This document shows, piece by piece, positions 1-13,456 of a DNA stretch of 64,000 nucleotides (the stretch's first letter is position 1; every line of letters starts with the position of its first letter). The notes beneath the pieces were generated by a model. The model was given only the letters and a program-made list of their open reading frames with translations. It was not told the DNA's origin and made no database searches. Where the stretch lies: assembly GCA_016748015.1 (NCBI GenBank), contig JAAOMT010000088.1:217663-281662 (forward strand), written 5' to 3'. Made by a program: the position numbers and the translations under genes. This DNA comes from Geosiphon pyriformis uo1. Its lineage: Eukaryota > Fungi > Glomeromycota.

Positions 1-198
<198 letters not shown>

Positions 199-1382
199 TA
201 CATATTTGAGGGAATTATAAAATTGCCAGAGAAATTTGGAAAAAAACATTTAGTAGTTGCATTCCAAAGTAACGTGATTTTAGAAATTCTTTATGCTTAA
301 TAAATTGATTTTTGAAACGCAAAAGGAGTTCTCTTACAGAGTTTGCTTTCCAAATTTTATTTTGTAAAGAATGAATAAAAGCTAAACACATGATTCATTG
401 ATGATGCTTCAAAAACCTTCTAGCCTTGTTACGAAAGATCAATCTTTTCAAAAACCATTTTCATGTTGTAGTTTCTATCATTATTGGGTGGTTAGTTTAA
501 ACACACTATCGTTCCAGCGTGAAAAACATATAATGAATTTGCTAATTTTGATGAAAAAAACTCTCGATAAGTCACTTATGATGGTTTTCCTTTAAAGAAA
601 GATTTTTGTAGAAACTAGATACTATATCTTTAAACCATAGATTCTGTAAACGATTAGCGATCCAAAAACTTTTTTTTTTCAAATCAGATCATTTTTAATC
701 AATTACGAATAGGGGTAAAAAGAGGCTTCCTCTAAAATTTTTTGTCGATGTTCACTGCATGCATTTATGCATATCTATTTGGTTGGTATCATTTTTTTTT
801 TCTTGTCATGCTGGTCTTAAAGAGGTGTTTTGAAGAATAGAGAACGGGAAAAAAAAATACATTGCTCAACATGTACCGATGCTGTAGCATGAGTCAAAGG
901 CAGATAAAAAAATTTTGATGTTTTTTAGACGATATGTGTTTTTCTTTTAAAAAAACTAGTATTGTCGAGGGAAAAAGAAGTCAATTTTAATGATTTTCAA
1001 TTTGTGATGATAATAAGATCTTCAACATGCTCACGCATCAATAGGCAAACAATTTTTAATTTTTAATTTTTTTTTTCTAATGAATCTTTTTTAAGGAGGT
1101 CCTGGTGTGGTTTAAGTTTTAAAGCGTATTTGTTAAAAAGGTGTGTTAGGTCAGCAGGCTAGAGCACAACAGACGCTTTTCTAGCTTTTTTTTGCATCAA
1201 ACAAATATCAAATGTATGCCCGATATTTTCAATGGTCATTCTCCAGCTTTAATGTTTTTTACAAAGCAACCTTTTTTGAAATCTTTCTTTAATTGTATGT
1301 TATGAGACTCATCTCTCTTATAAATGCTTTATAAGATCCCTATATTTGGTACATTTTTAAGTACCTGAAAAACACAATCACA

Positions 1383-1423
1383 GCAACAACAACAACAACA
1401 ACAACAACCATAATCACAACCAT

Positions 1424-1456
<33 letters not shown>

Positions 1457-1457
1457 G
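1383..1457. repeat. Interrupted (CAA)n microsatellite
   Basis: Two CAA runs; explains the poly-L/poly-C ORF 1329..1517. Confidence 0.9.
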
Positions 1458-2339
1458 CATCTTTGCCGTTGTGCATTTTCTTAATTTGTCCAAGGTTTTA
1501 CATGTTTCACTAACCAATAAAATGAGTTGAAAAAATTTTTATTGCTGATCAATTTCCTAACCTTGAACAATGCCATAGAAAGCCCCAATTCTTTTATGTC
1601 ACACAAACTAAATTTTATAATTAGTACGTAAAATTTCAAAACATTCTGCTCATTTAGAATATCCCTTTCTAAGCTAATCCAGGACTTTAGGTTCTAACAT
1701 GAGTTTCAATCTTCTTTTTCTCCGGTTAATTGATTCCGCCAGTTAGTGATGACCTGTGGCTTGAACTCATGTTTTTTGATCATTAATCATAGGATTAATT
1801 ATACATACAAATGTTCTTTTCGTTGATTAAATATTACATTTGATGAATTCAAATTTTCATTCAAAATCAAGCGTTGATTATTTAATTAGATTCACATATA
1901 GTCTCATGATAACTAATTCCCCTCCCCTCCCCTCCCCTCCCATCCCATCAAAACTTCTCTTGCCAATAAGATTGAGTCATTTATCAATAATGGTAAGAAA
2001 ATGTTCAATTTTTTGTTTTCGTATCAAAGTCATTGAGAGAATGAAAATGAACGGACTATATATTTAGAGCATTGAAAATTTTAATTCGAGATATTAAGGT
2101 AACGTATTCACAATAAATATGTATTCATTTTAATAATAGCTATGAAGAATCTTCCCCAATATTGAAAAAATTTCCTTTTATGGTGCATCAATGAGGAAAT
2201 TGATTTTCACGTGATTTTAATATGTCTAAACAGTAAGTTACCGATTTGGATAGGAATCACCGGTTTGAGTGTAGAATAGCTCCAATAAGAATTTAAGCGA
2301 AATAATTAATGGAGTGACAGAGTCATCGGGTCAATCTTC

Positions 2340-2340
<1 letters not shown>

Positions 2341-2404
<64 letters not shown>

Positions 2405-2455
2405 TAATAATAATAATAATAAATATAATGATGATGATGATGATGACGATGATGA
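2341..2455. repeat. Compound (AAT)n/(GAT)n microsatellite
   Basis: Direct reading; explains the poly-I/poly-M ORF 2314..2535. Confidence 0.9.
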
Positions 2456-2650
2456 TATTAATTAAACTCTCTCTTCCTAAAAAAGAAAAATTCTATGAAG
2501 GTAGAATGAAAACCTTGAAAAAAAAATCTTGTTAAACAGTGAAAAAAAAGGAACCTAAAAATAAGTTTTCATATTAGGTAACATACAATGCGTAAATGAT
2601 GATGTTTTTTTTTGGTGTTTCTAAATTTTAATTAAATAAATTGAGATATA

Positions 2651-3749
2651 CAGGGGGGTATAAAAAGTATTGGACACTTAATATAATATATAAAAAAGGC
2701 TATATATAGTAATACCATTACCAATTTAAGCCATAATTTTTTTTATAATTACTTATAGTTATAATCTACAAATCAACATAAATCGCGTCCTTGTAAAACA
2801 CAACAGTGGATCATACGCGTATATATAAAATATCAAACATTCTTGTCGTGAAAAAATTTACCGCATCAAATGTGTCTTGGAAAAGAACTTTCTGAATACC
2901 AAAAAAGAGGGATTATTTCAGCAATAAAGTTAGGACATACAAACAGTGAGATTTCCANNNNNNNNNNNNNNNNNNNNNNNNNNNNNNNNNNNNNNNNNNN
3001 NNNNNNNNNNNNNNNNNNNNNNNNNNNNNNNNNNAAAATTGGACAGTAGAAGATTTTAAACAAGTTGTTTGGTCAGATGAATCTACATATACACAATTTA
3101 GGACTACAGGATTTGGACGTGTATGGCGTAAACCTTCCGAAGAGTTTCATAAGGATTGTATTGCAGCCACAGTTAGAAAAAGCTTTGGTCGCATGTTTTG
3201 GGGATGTTTTTCATGGGTTGGTTTGGGTCTTTTAGTTCCTTTGGTTGGTCATATTACTGGAGTTATACACCGCAAAACCTTGGCTAATTATGCAATTCCT
3301 ACGGTAAAACTTCATGCAAATAAAACTAAAAAAAAGTTTTTTTTTCAGGAAGACAATGCACCAATTCACACATCAAAAGTCGTGCGTTCTTTTCTTACCT
3401 CTTCAAATGTTGAATTACTTCCTTGGCCAGCACAAAATCCTGATATTACTCCAATAGAAAATCTTTGATCATATATTGAAGTTAAAATTCGTCAACGTAA
3501 TTCACAACCCTCAAATATTGTACAATTGGAACGGTGGGTTAAGGAAGAATGGGATGCGATACCTGTAAATTACTATCGTAATTTGATCAAGTCTATGTCA
3601 CGTCGAGTTCAAGCTATTCTTAAAGCAAATGGGGGTCAAACAAAATACTAACATGTATTTTAATATAATAATAAAAAATTAACGAATTATAAGTTAGTTC
3701 TTTTATATAACATATTATAAAAGTGTCCAATACTTTTTATACCCCCCTG
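2651..3749 (+). mobile_element. Tc1/mariner superfamily (Tc1-like, DD34E) DNA transposon with intact ends
   Basis: Perfect 29-bp TIRs: CAGGGGGGTATAAAAAGTATTGGACACTT at 2651-2679 and its reverse complement at 3721-3749. Flanked by TA at 2649-2650 and 3750-3751 (TA target-site duplication). Contains an internal transposase. Confidence 0.95.
2870..3651 (+). pseudogene. Tc1-like transposase with premature stop, partly hidden by an N-gap
   Basis: N-terminus MCLGKELSEYQKRGIISAIKLGHTNSEIS (HTH-like), then the gap at 2958-3034. After it: WTVEDFKQVVWSDES...MFWGCFSW...FQEDNAPIH...WPAQNPDITPIENL*SYIE...EEWDAIP...SMSRRVQAILKANGGQTKY*. There are 34 residues between the second D and the E. TGA at 3466-3468 replaces the conserved Trp of IENLW. 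Confidence 0.92.
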
Positions 3750-4599
3750 TATTTAAAAATTACATGAAAATATTTTTTTATTTAAACGAATAAAAAACAT
3801 AATATATATCAAAAAGAATATTTAACACCTTTTTTTTTAAATTGTTTCACAACTTATCATCAATGTGATCCAAGACAAAGATTTAATGCAGGCACCAAAA
3901 AATCAATTATTAATTCAAAATATAATATTGTGAACACTAAATTTATCACCTATTATGAAAGAGTTCAATAAAATAAATTTTATTAAACAAATTTTATTAA
4001 AAAAAATTTTGAACCCTTAAGAAATACATCCAGAGCAATCCTGAAGACAACATGAATTATGAAAATCTCTTTTTATATAAAGTTTAAATGAAAGTTTAAA
4101 TGAAAGTATACGATCCAAACAAATCTAGGCTTATTCAAAATTCTTTTCTGAAAAAGTAATCATTACAAAAAATTTTTTAGAAAGTCCGAATTTAAGGTGG
4201 TAAAAATAGTAATGAAGCTAATATTGAATATATATGAACTCTTAATGTAACATCCCAAAATGACGTAAAACAACTAGGCTAAACTTGTTGAAATTTAAAG
4301 CTTTTGGAAGTTTAAAAGACAACTTTAACATTATGTTTAACGGGGTAAATTGATGGCATCATATAACTGAACTTTAAGACTCCAGAAGAATTATACAGGA
4401 TACCTTTTCCCAAAATAGTTTTGTGAATAGCTGTTCCTTTGGCTGCGGTAAAAATTAAGGCACGATTTGATTTCTAATTGGTGATTCCTTGTCATACTTT
4501 GTACTTAAAATTATTCCAACTCTTGGGAAATTTTTATCTTTGACCTCTTGTATTAAAATTTTCTATAAGCCTTTGACTCCTTAAATATTTAAAATGCAT

Positions 4600-5505
4600 T
4601 AACGCATAAAACTATTTTTGCAAAAATGACAAATAAAGTTTTCAATTTTAAAATATTATATTTTAATTACTTCAATATAATAATAGAGATTTTATATTAA
4701 ATATTAATATAAAATCACTATAAAACCAATTATTTAAAAATAGCTGTTAAATAATTATTTTTTTAAAGCAATCAAGCAAACCTCTTATTTGTTAAGATTT
4801 TTTAATAGATGACCCCCTGTTATATTTTTGTGCATTGATTAAAAATAACTATAACGTACAATATTAACTTTTAATTTTTTATTTATTTTAAACTTTAAGA
4901 TTATTTGTCTTAATTACATAAAACTAGATTGGTTAGATAATATTAATTTTTGTTATATTATTATTATTATTATTATTGTTGTTGTTGTTGTTGTTGTTAT
5001 TGTTATTTTTGTTCTTGTTCTCAATCTTGATTAAAAATTAATTTATAATTGATATAATCTTATTTTTAGTATATATTTTACGTTACCCTAATAATAATAA
5101 TAATATAAATTTATATTTAAAATTTTAACCAACTATCAAAATATTATAATGTAAATCTTTTTATCAAAAAATGTAATCATTAAAAAACAAATTCATTATT
5201 ATAAAAACATTATATCTGATTTTATTTTGAATGGTTTTAAATAATTACATAAAATTTATTATTACTTGATTTGCAATAAATAATTACTATTAAATAGAAT
5301 TGTATTATATTTTTTTTTAACATTTTATAATGTTTAAATCACATTAAAATGTCATATTTAAAATTTAATGTTTAATTTATAAATTATTTTTTAAAATATT
5401 ATTATTTGTTTTAATTTTTAAATTTTTAAATTTATTGAAAATTATAAATATAAAATTAAATATGAAATTAATTTTTAAGAATTGTTTTTTAAAAAATTTT
5501 TATTC

Positions 5506-5563
<58 letters not shown>

Positions 5564-8500
5564 GTTAAAATTTCAGAACATAAATTCGATAATTGCTTAA
5601 TTGTTGTCATTACTTTTTGGTATTTTCGGTATTAATTCAGTTTAATTATTTATATATATTTCTTAACAGGAATAAAATTCAATTTTAATCAAAATTCGCG
5701 AATATTTTTTTGCTTAAATTCACTTATCTTACTTTAAAGAAAAATAAAACAAGAAAATATTAATATTATAGTTGTCTTAATTCATTCTTTTGATAATTCA
5801 TCTATATCAACTTAAAATTTGTTCATTTACAATTAAATTTAAATATATTTTAAGTTTAATTTAAATAATGTTTTAAATAAACCATTTTTTAATAATGTTA
5901 AATTAATAATGATATTGTTTTTTAAAAAATTAAACAAATATTTAACAATACTTTTGGTAATCTTTGTTTGTTTTTCCTTAAGTAAAAAAAATATATCTAA
6001 ACATTAACTTATTAAAAATTTTGCATTATAAATAATAAAAATTTTATTTATGCTTTAAATTTGCATTTAAGATTTCTTTTAAGCAATCAACTAAGACAGT
6101 TTTAATGTAATCACTATTACTATAAAGAATTCTAAGATCTTTAACAACAAATCATTAAAAAACCTACTTTTTTTTATTTTTCTTATATTTGTTTAGATAA
6201 CCAAGAAAACCAATTATAATACTTAATTTAAATATGAGTGTAAATAATAGTTTTTTTTCTTATTTAAATAATAATAGTAATAACATATTTGTTAAAGCTA
6301 GCTTTAATTAATATTTGGTTAAATTTTTAATATATTGAATTTTAATTAATTTTTGCCAGTTTTAAAAACTAAACAAATTATATCTTTACATAACTTTAAC
6401 CAATTACCTTATTAAATTACCTAATTTTAAGAATTAAATTAATTAAATAAAACTAAACCACTTTTTTTTTGTTTTTTAATAATAATATTAGTTCTGATAA
6501 TATTTAAAAACTTTTACAAATTGTTAAAAGTTCTTTGAATAAATAATTTTTATTTTGGTGTTTGGTAAAATTATAAAAATTAAGGTAACTTATTTTAAAA
6601 CTGTTTTTTAGTTTTTCCTAGTTTTTTTAATTTAAAATTAATTATTAAGAATGATATTAGATTTTTTTGTATAAAGTTTGTATTTTAATATCAAGTTGAA
6701 ATTTGTTGATTGATAATAATATAATATTATTTATTTTAAGTTTTATATATTATTAAATATTGCTTTGACTTATTAATTAGTTTTATTACAAAAGACAATA
6801 TTAAGATTTTTTAAATTAAAAAAAAATTGTTATTTTAAAAACTGTATTTAAAACTAAGTTAATAAATTTTTTTCTGGTTATATTGTTTTTGAAATTAATA
6901 AGTTAATTTTTTAAGTTTGTAATTATAATTGTTTTATTTTTTATTTTTTTTTAATTTGTCTTAACAATTAAAATATATTATTGTTATTTTTGGTTTTCAA
7001 ACTAATTTAAAAACTATTATTGTTAAAATTAATATCTTAAAAAAAAGTTATATTTAATAAAAAAATCTTTAATTGTTAGTGTTATTTTAAATATCAAAAT
7101 TTGAATTATTTGGCTTTAAATTATAATAGGTTTTTATTTTCCTATTTTAAGTTTTCAATAAAATTTAAGATTGGTTTTAAAATTATTTTTCTAATATAAA
7201 ATTATATATAAAGATTACTACTTTTGTGATTTTATTATTATTAATATTAATTTTGTAATTGGTTTTAGATTGGCTTTTTTAAAATTTTGGTTGATTAAAC
7301 TTTCTTGTGATTAAGTTTATTGTTAATTTTATTGGTTTTTTGGTTGTTTTAATAATTAAATTAGTAAATTTTTTTTTTTTTATATGCTAGAATTAAAAAA
7401 AAAATTTTTATAAATAAAAAAATTTTGTTAATTTTAAAAGATTTTTTAAAGATTTGTGTAAAAAGTTTGTTAATTTTAAAACAGAATATAATATAGATAA
7501 TTTATTTGTAAATATATAATTGTTAATAATTTTAAATTTTTTTTTAATAAAAAGACTTTTGATAAAATAATAATTTTTTGAAAGTATTAAGCATTTTATA
7601 TTAAATTAGATACAAATTTATTACTACATAATTAACTGGTTTGTTTTTAATAATAATATTTTAATTTTAATTATATTATTATAGTTAAATATAATATTAA
7701 GATAGATAATAAAGAATAATAATATTATAATTTAATTTTAATAAATAAAATAAATTAATAAGAATTTTTAATATATATAAATTTAATCTTATAAATATCT
7801 TAATTACTATTTTTCTAAAAGATAACAAAAAATTTGAAGATAAAAAAATAGTTTATACTGTTAACAAAAAAATAATACACTAATATAATTTTATATTTTA
7901 TATTAATATTTTTAAAATTTAATATTAAGTATTATTTGTATTTTTTAGTAAATTTTTATTTAATATACTTCAAAAAAATTACTAATTATACAAATTAAAA
8001 GAAGAAAAAAATAATAATAAAAAAATAGAAAAGTTAATATTGTAATATAATTATTATTTTAAATAAATTAATCTAAGTATAAATAAATTTCTATAATTTT
8101 AAAAAATTTTGCTTATATATTTTCAAAAAGAGATTAATAATTATATTGATAACTAATTCTAAAAATAAAGTGGTTAATATAATTATTTTTGTTTAAATCA
8201 AATAAAAAATTCAATTAATATTAATCTAAAAATTATCATAAAATTCTTCTTAATTTTTATTATTATTAATACAATACTTTAGATTTTTATATTAATTATT
8301 ATAAACAGTTTACATATATATTAAATATTATAATTAGATTATATATTATTTAAAAATATTTAAAAATAATAAATTTAACCAATTTGGATTTAATTAGTTA
8401 AAATTTCAAGTAATTTAAACTAATTTACAACAAAATAATAGTTTATATTTAAAATAAATGTAATTTATTAAAAAAAATAAGAAAATATTTTTTTTATTAA

Positions 8501-9846
8501 AAACTGATAGCTTTGCAGTTATTAATTTTAAATATGTTAATTTTATTCAAATTACTGAGCACAAAATTAATAATATTGTAACTGTTTTATAAAATTAATC
8601 TTGAAATTTTTGAATTTTAAAAAACTATGCATTTAGTTAAATTAAAAAAAGAAAAAGCTTTTAGAAAAGAAACATATTTTAGTAACAAATATAAATTAAG
8701 AAAAATAAAAGAATTATAATCTTTTATTTTAAGATGTTTAGATTAAAAAATGAATTAGATATAAAAATAATAAATAAATTAAAATTTTTTTTATAATTTT
8801 AAAAGTTTTATTTATATATTCTTAAATAATAAAGTTAACAACTAAATTAACAATTAAGTTAATAATAATTCAATAATTAACTTTAAAAATAGTAATTAAT
8901 AAATAATTTAAAATAATAAAAAGTAAGTACTAATAGAAAAAATTGAGCTGTAATAATATTAATTTAATAATAAAATTGTATTTGTAATTTTGTATATATT
9001 TTTACAATATATAATGGAAATAAAACAAGTAATAATTATTAACCAAAAAAGTATTTTTTTAAAAAAAGATATAATAATAATATAGTTAATTAAAAAGATA
9101 ATATAAATAAAAAACAATGAATTAAAATATTAATAATATTAAAAATTAAGGAAATAAAAAAGCAATTAAAAACTACGAATAACAATATTTTTATTTTTTT
9201 TTACATCAATTCTTAAGTAACAAAAACATTTTAGATTATTTTGTATCTAAATACAAGGTTATTTTTCAAATACTCCAATAATAATTAAAATTTTTTTAAT
9301 AAATATTATACTTAATTATTAAAAGTTTTTGCATAGTGCCAAAAACAAAATAGTGTTGCTAATTAATTTAAATAAAAGCCGTATATATTTTTATGAAATT
9401 AATAAAATAATTAATATTTAAATAAATATCTGTTTTTTATTAAAAATTAAATATTGAACTTGAAAAAAAAACGAAGATTTTTTTATTTGTCTTTTTTATT
9501 AGTTATATAAGTAAAATTTTCAAAGTTGTAAAAAAATATTCTAAAAAACAGAGATTAATTAAATTTTCTTTTTTGAATTTTATTTATTAAAATTAACTTG
9601 AAAAGTAAGCAAATTGCTGTTGTAATGTTTTAAATAAATAACTATTAAAAATAATTGCAATCTGTTTTTGAATTTTTAAAGTGCCAAATGAAACATAAAA
9701 TTATGCTAGCATATTATCTTTTTACTCTCAAATATTCTTGAAAAGATTAAAGCTGCAATTTTGAAATTTTTTACACATTCAATTTGCTATTTGTTAACAT
9801 TTTACTTTAATTTGTAACAATATTGTTGATTTTGACTTGCCTGTAA
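4600..9846. repeat. Extremely AT-rich, CpG-depleted degenerate repeat (TE relic) block
   Basis: No real ORFs and very few CG. About 5970-7160 aligns by eye with ~56920-58230 and in part with ~46100-46270; ~9630-9720 aligns with ~62590-62670. Boundaries approximate. Confidence 0.75.
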
Positions 9847-11810
9847 NNNNNNNNNNNNNNNNNNNNNNNNNNNNNNNNNNNNNNNNNNNNNNNNNNNNNN
9901 NNNNNNNNNNNNNNNNNNNNNNNNNNNNNNNNNNNNNNNNNNNNNNNNNNNNNNNNNNNNNNNNNNNNNNNNNNNNNNNNNNNNNNNNNNNNNNNNNNNN
10001 NNNNNNNNNNNNNNNNNNNNNNNNNNNNNNNNNNNNNNNNNNNNNNNNNNNNNNNNNNNNNNNNNNNNNNNNNNNNNNNNNNNNNNNNNNNNNNNNNNNN
10101 NNNNNNNNNNNNNNNNNNNNNNNNNNNNNNNNNNNNNNNNNNNNNNNNNNNNNNNNNNNNNNNNNNNNNNNNNNNNNNNNNNNNNNNNNNNNNNNNNNNN
10201 NNNNNNNNNNNNNNNNNNNNNNNNNNNNNNNNNNNNNNNNNNNNNNNNNNNNNNNNNNNNNNNNNNNNNNNNNNNNNNNNNNNNNNNNNNNNNNNNNNNN
10301 NNNNNNNNNNNNNNNNNNNNNNNNNNNNNNNNNNNNNNNNNNNNNNNNNNNNNNNNNNNNNNNNNNNNNNNNNNNNNNNNNNNNNNNNNNNNNNNNNNNN
10401 NNNNNNNNNNNNNNNNNNNNNNNNNNNNNNNNNNNNNNNNNNNNNNNNNNNNNNNNNNNNNNNNNNNNNNNNNNNNNNNNNNNNNNNNNNNNNNNNNNNN
10501 NNNNNNNNNNNNNNNNNNNNNNNNNNNNNNNNNNNNNNNNNNNNNNNNNNNNNNNNNNNNNNNNNNNNNNNNNNNNNNNNNNNNNNNNNNNNNNNNNNNN
10601 NNNNNNNNNNNNNNNNNNNNNNNAGAGTTTAATGGTTTCTAAAATTAAAATTGATCCGCATTCCCATTTTCACAAAAGGAGATTTTGATTGAAAGCCTCG
10701 ATCATTGTTGTGGCAAACCTACATGAACAATTTTAGATTTTGAAGAATTAGTCTATCATAATTTCCTTTCTTAATATTTGCATCATTAATTTGGCTCTTC
10801 TTTTAAGGTTTAGCCTAAATTTGGTTAGTATAGTTGCTTGACTGTTGGCACATATATAGAAATTATCATTATAAGGCTAAAGACCAAATTTATAAATATA
10901 ACTTTAGGTAAATCGAGGATTATATTATATTAAAGTTAAAATATTTCCTTAAAATAGACCTTTGCAAATTCATAGTTGCCTCTCTGAATGAAATTTGGTT
11001 ATTTTTTTCATAGAAATGCATGCAAGATTTATTTGGTATATTTGCTCAAGGAAAAATGCCGCATGTAAATTACGCCAGAGAATAAGATATTTGATATTAT
11101 AAGATGCAAATCGATTTGTTGGTTACCTGCGGATTTTTTAAATTTAACGTAACTTATATCCTGCAAATTTGTATATGGGTTAACAGTGATTATGAAAATC
11201 TATCTGTTAAATTAATTATTTTTGGATAAAACTTTCAATATGATTAACCTTTCGTCAAAGAAAGTGCCTTTCAAAGTTTAAAAAACACTAGAAATTATGG
11301 TGAATAAAATAGACTTTTAAATAAACATCATAAGCGATCATATAAATACCACAAAATACGATCACATATGTTGTTTTTCCCTAGGAAATTTAACTTGCTC
11401 GCAAAAGACGGTTTCTTTTAAAAATTTAGCCCTAACTACTTCAAGTACAGTCCTGGCGGATATTAATGGAGAACAATTCTTTTGGATTACACAATTTTTT
11501 AAAATACAAACCCAGAAAAACTTGTCATTCAAGATATCTTAATCCCAATGCTATGATATATATAAAAACTAATATTTAGTATGGCCTCCTTCTGGATTTA
11601 TACAAGCTTGAATATCGGCAAGAATGTTATCAATATTAGTAAGTACCACTTCTCTGGAAGATTTGCCCATTCTTTTTTACTCCCAATAAAAATCTCTAGA
11701 GACCGTTTTTTTTTCAACCATTTCTTTTACTTTTTTATCCAAAATTCCTCAATGATAGCTATATGATGGCCATGGCAGAACACGACATCGAGGTCTTGCT
11801 TGGAGGTGGG
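9362..11810 (+). repeat. Direct segmental duplication, copy 1 (contains N-gap 9847-10623)
   Basis: Both flanks of the gap match 59471-59954 and 61094-62163 almost base for base. Copy 2 lacks ~95 bp present here at ~11130-11224. Confidence 0.93.
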
Positions 11811-11811
11811 T

Positions 11812-12150
11812 GACATGCTTAGACAGAATGACAATGTAGCCAAACCTTGAAAACTTGTTTTAAGCAGTTTATTTGCCAATTTCGAACCCAGGATGCATTC
11901 TTTGAACACTTTGATTTCCCCTACCGTAACAAAATGATTTCGGTGGACGATTTTGTCGACCTGGTGAAGTTTGCGAGAAGTATTACTGTGTGAGCGGCCA
12001 AGACGATGAAGATCCCAATTCTAGCCGGTATTGCGAATTAGGGCGACGTAACATTAATAGGAGCGAAGGGAAACACCAGTTACTTTGGCGATTTCGGTGG
12101 TATTGCTGTGACTATTGGGTCAAAAGCACTTAACGACTTTACAGTTTGAT
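11812..12150 (+). pseudogene. GC-richer relic of an unidentified gene (Cys/aromatic-rich frame)
   Basis: Coding-like composition. The best frame reads NDFGGRFCRPGEVCEKYYCVSGQDDEDPNSSRYCELGRRNINRSEGKHQLLWRFRWYCCDYWVKST* with stops upstream. A diverged inverted copy lies at 42618-42955. Confidence 0.35.
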
Positions 12151-12544
12151 TTTATAGGGTTTGAGTGCATTAAGTAATTTGATTTTTAACATAATATCAT
12201 TTAATAAACAGCCTAAATAAACTACAAAAATAATAATAAAATAATTAAAAAATAGAGATATCTTATATTTATCTCAACAATATACATGTAGAAAAACGGA
12301 TGCCGAAGAATTTATTAAAATTGGAGCATTTTATCGTGGAGTGGAAAGTTATTTCACAGGACGTTGTAGTTAATTTAGTAAAGAACAATGCAAACCAATT
12401 ATTTAAAACCATTCCTTAAAGTGGCTACTGATCAGAACTTGTGATCTAATACAAATGTTGTCGATTGGCGAACGAATGATTTAGGATTATAAAATAAAAA
12501 TTGTTGTGCTAAAACTTGAATTTAAAAAAATAGTTTAAAATTAC

Positions 12545-12840
12545 ACTCATTTATTCATTGCATCAATTGTACTAAGAGAGATTGCACGAGTTATCAAGCC
12601 AGGTGGATCGCTTGAATAGACTGGATTGCTTTGAATATGCAAATATGGAGAAGTAGCAGAAAAATTGATAAAAAGGTCGTAAGTAATATTCTTTGCTGTG
12701 AATTATATTGTTGATTTTAAGTAAGAGTTCCAGTTACTTAAGTGAATTTGATAATAGAATTAATGCTTTCAAAAATACTTAGTTCTAACCATTTTAGAAA
12801 ATATCAAAGATGTATTGTTTTAGGCCAAATTGGGCAAAAG
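12545..12840 (+). pseudogene. Fragment of the SAM-dependent methyltransferase gene
   Basis: ACTAAGAGAGATTGCACGAGTTATCAAGCCAGGTGGAT is identical to 19273-19310. Remnants of the introns and exon 4 follow, with stops and deletions. Confidence 0.85.
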
Positions 12841-13456
12841 AATCGGGATTTAAAAAACTTAATTCCTACCTTTTTAACCCATTCAATAAAAAACGGTTAA
12901 GCGGGATAGATTATGCAATGAAATCCAAAAGTTTTTCGGTTATAAAAAAAATTTGAATAGGCAAAATCTAAGACTTAGAAATGTGTTCTTATGAACTATC
13001 AAGCTAAACTCTTTTGAGTGTAAATTATCTGACCACAACCGATGTTGTTTAATAACGCAAATGAGTAATGATTTCTCATTGGGAGGAATTATTGTATCTT
13101 AGTTAAAGTTGCTAATAATGAAAAAATACATTGGTTTGAAGGAGTTAGAAGAATATTATACGATGTTAGCAATGTATATTTTTACATTATTAATAGTGAT
13201 AAAGAGTTAGATCGCAAAAAAACGACTTAAAATATAGCTGGCAATGCACAATCACCGATATTCCAGTTGAGCTTGAACGCGTTTGGGTATAAGACTTTGC
13301 TTGTTCTTTTACTATTCCACTCTAATATTAAATATTAAAATATAATTACAATGTTTAACTTTGGCATGAGTTTATAAAGGTATGAGATATGTATATTTAT
13401 AATTTGATGATGTAATAACAAGTAGTCTCGAAAACCCGAGGCAGAAAATATATTCC

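Noticed and set aside
1329-5635. ORFs with poly-I/L/C/M runs (1329..1517, 2314..2535, 5435..5635)
   Set aside because: They are translations of trinucleotide microsatellites.
4600-9846. Mitochondrial or endobacterial insertion explaining the AT-rich blocks
   Set aside because: No recognisable organellar or bacterial genes or tRNAs, and the blocks are diverged copies of each other, as expected for decayed repeats.
9837-10688. 283-aa ORF
   Set aside because: An artefact of translating the N-gap.
11765-11812. MAEHDIEVLLGGG resembling the alkaline phosphatase DVxLGGG motif (also at ~62120)
   Set aside because: Only ~13 residues with no other motifs; other frames are equally plausible.
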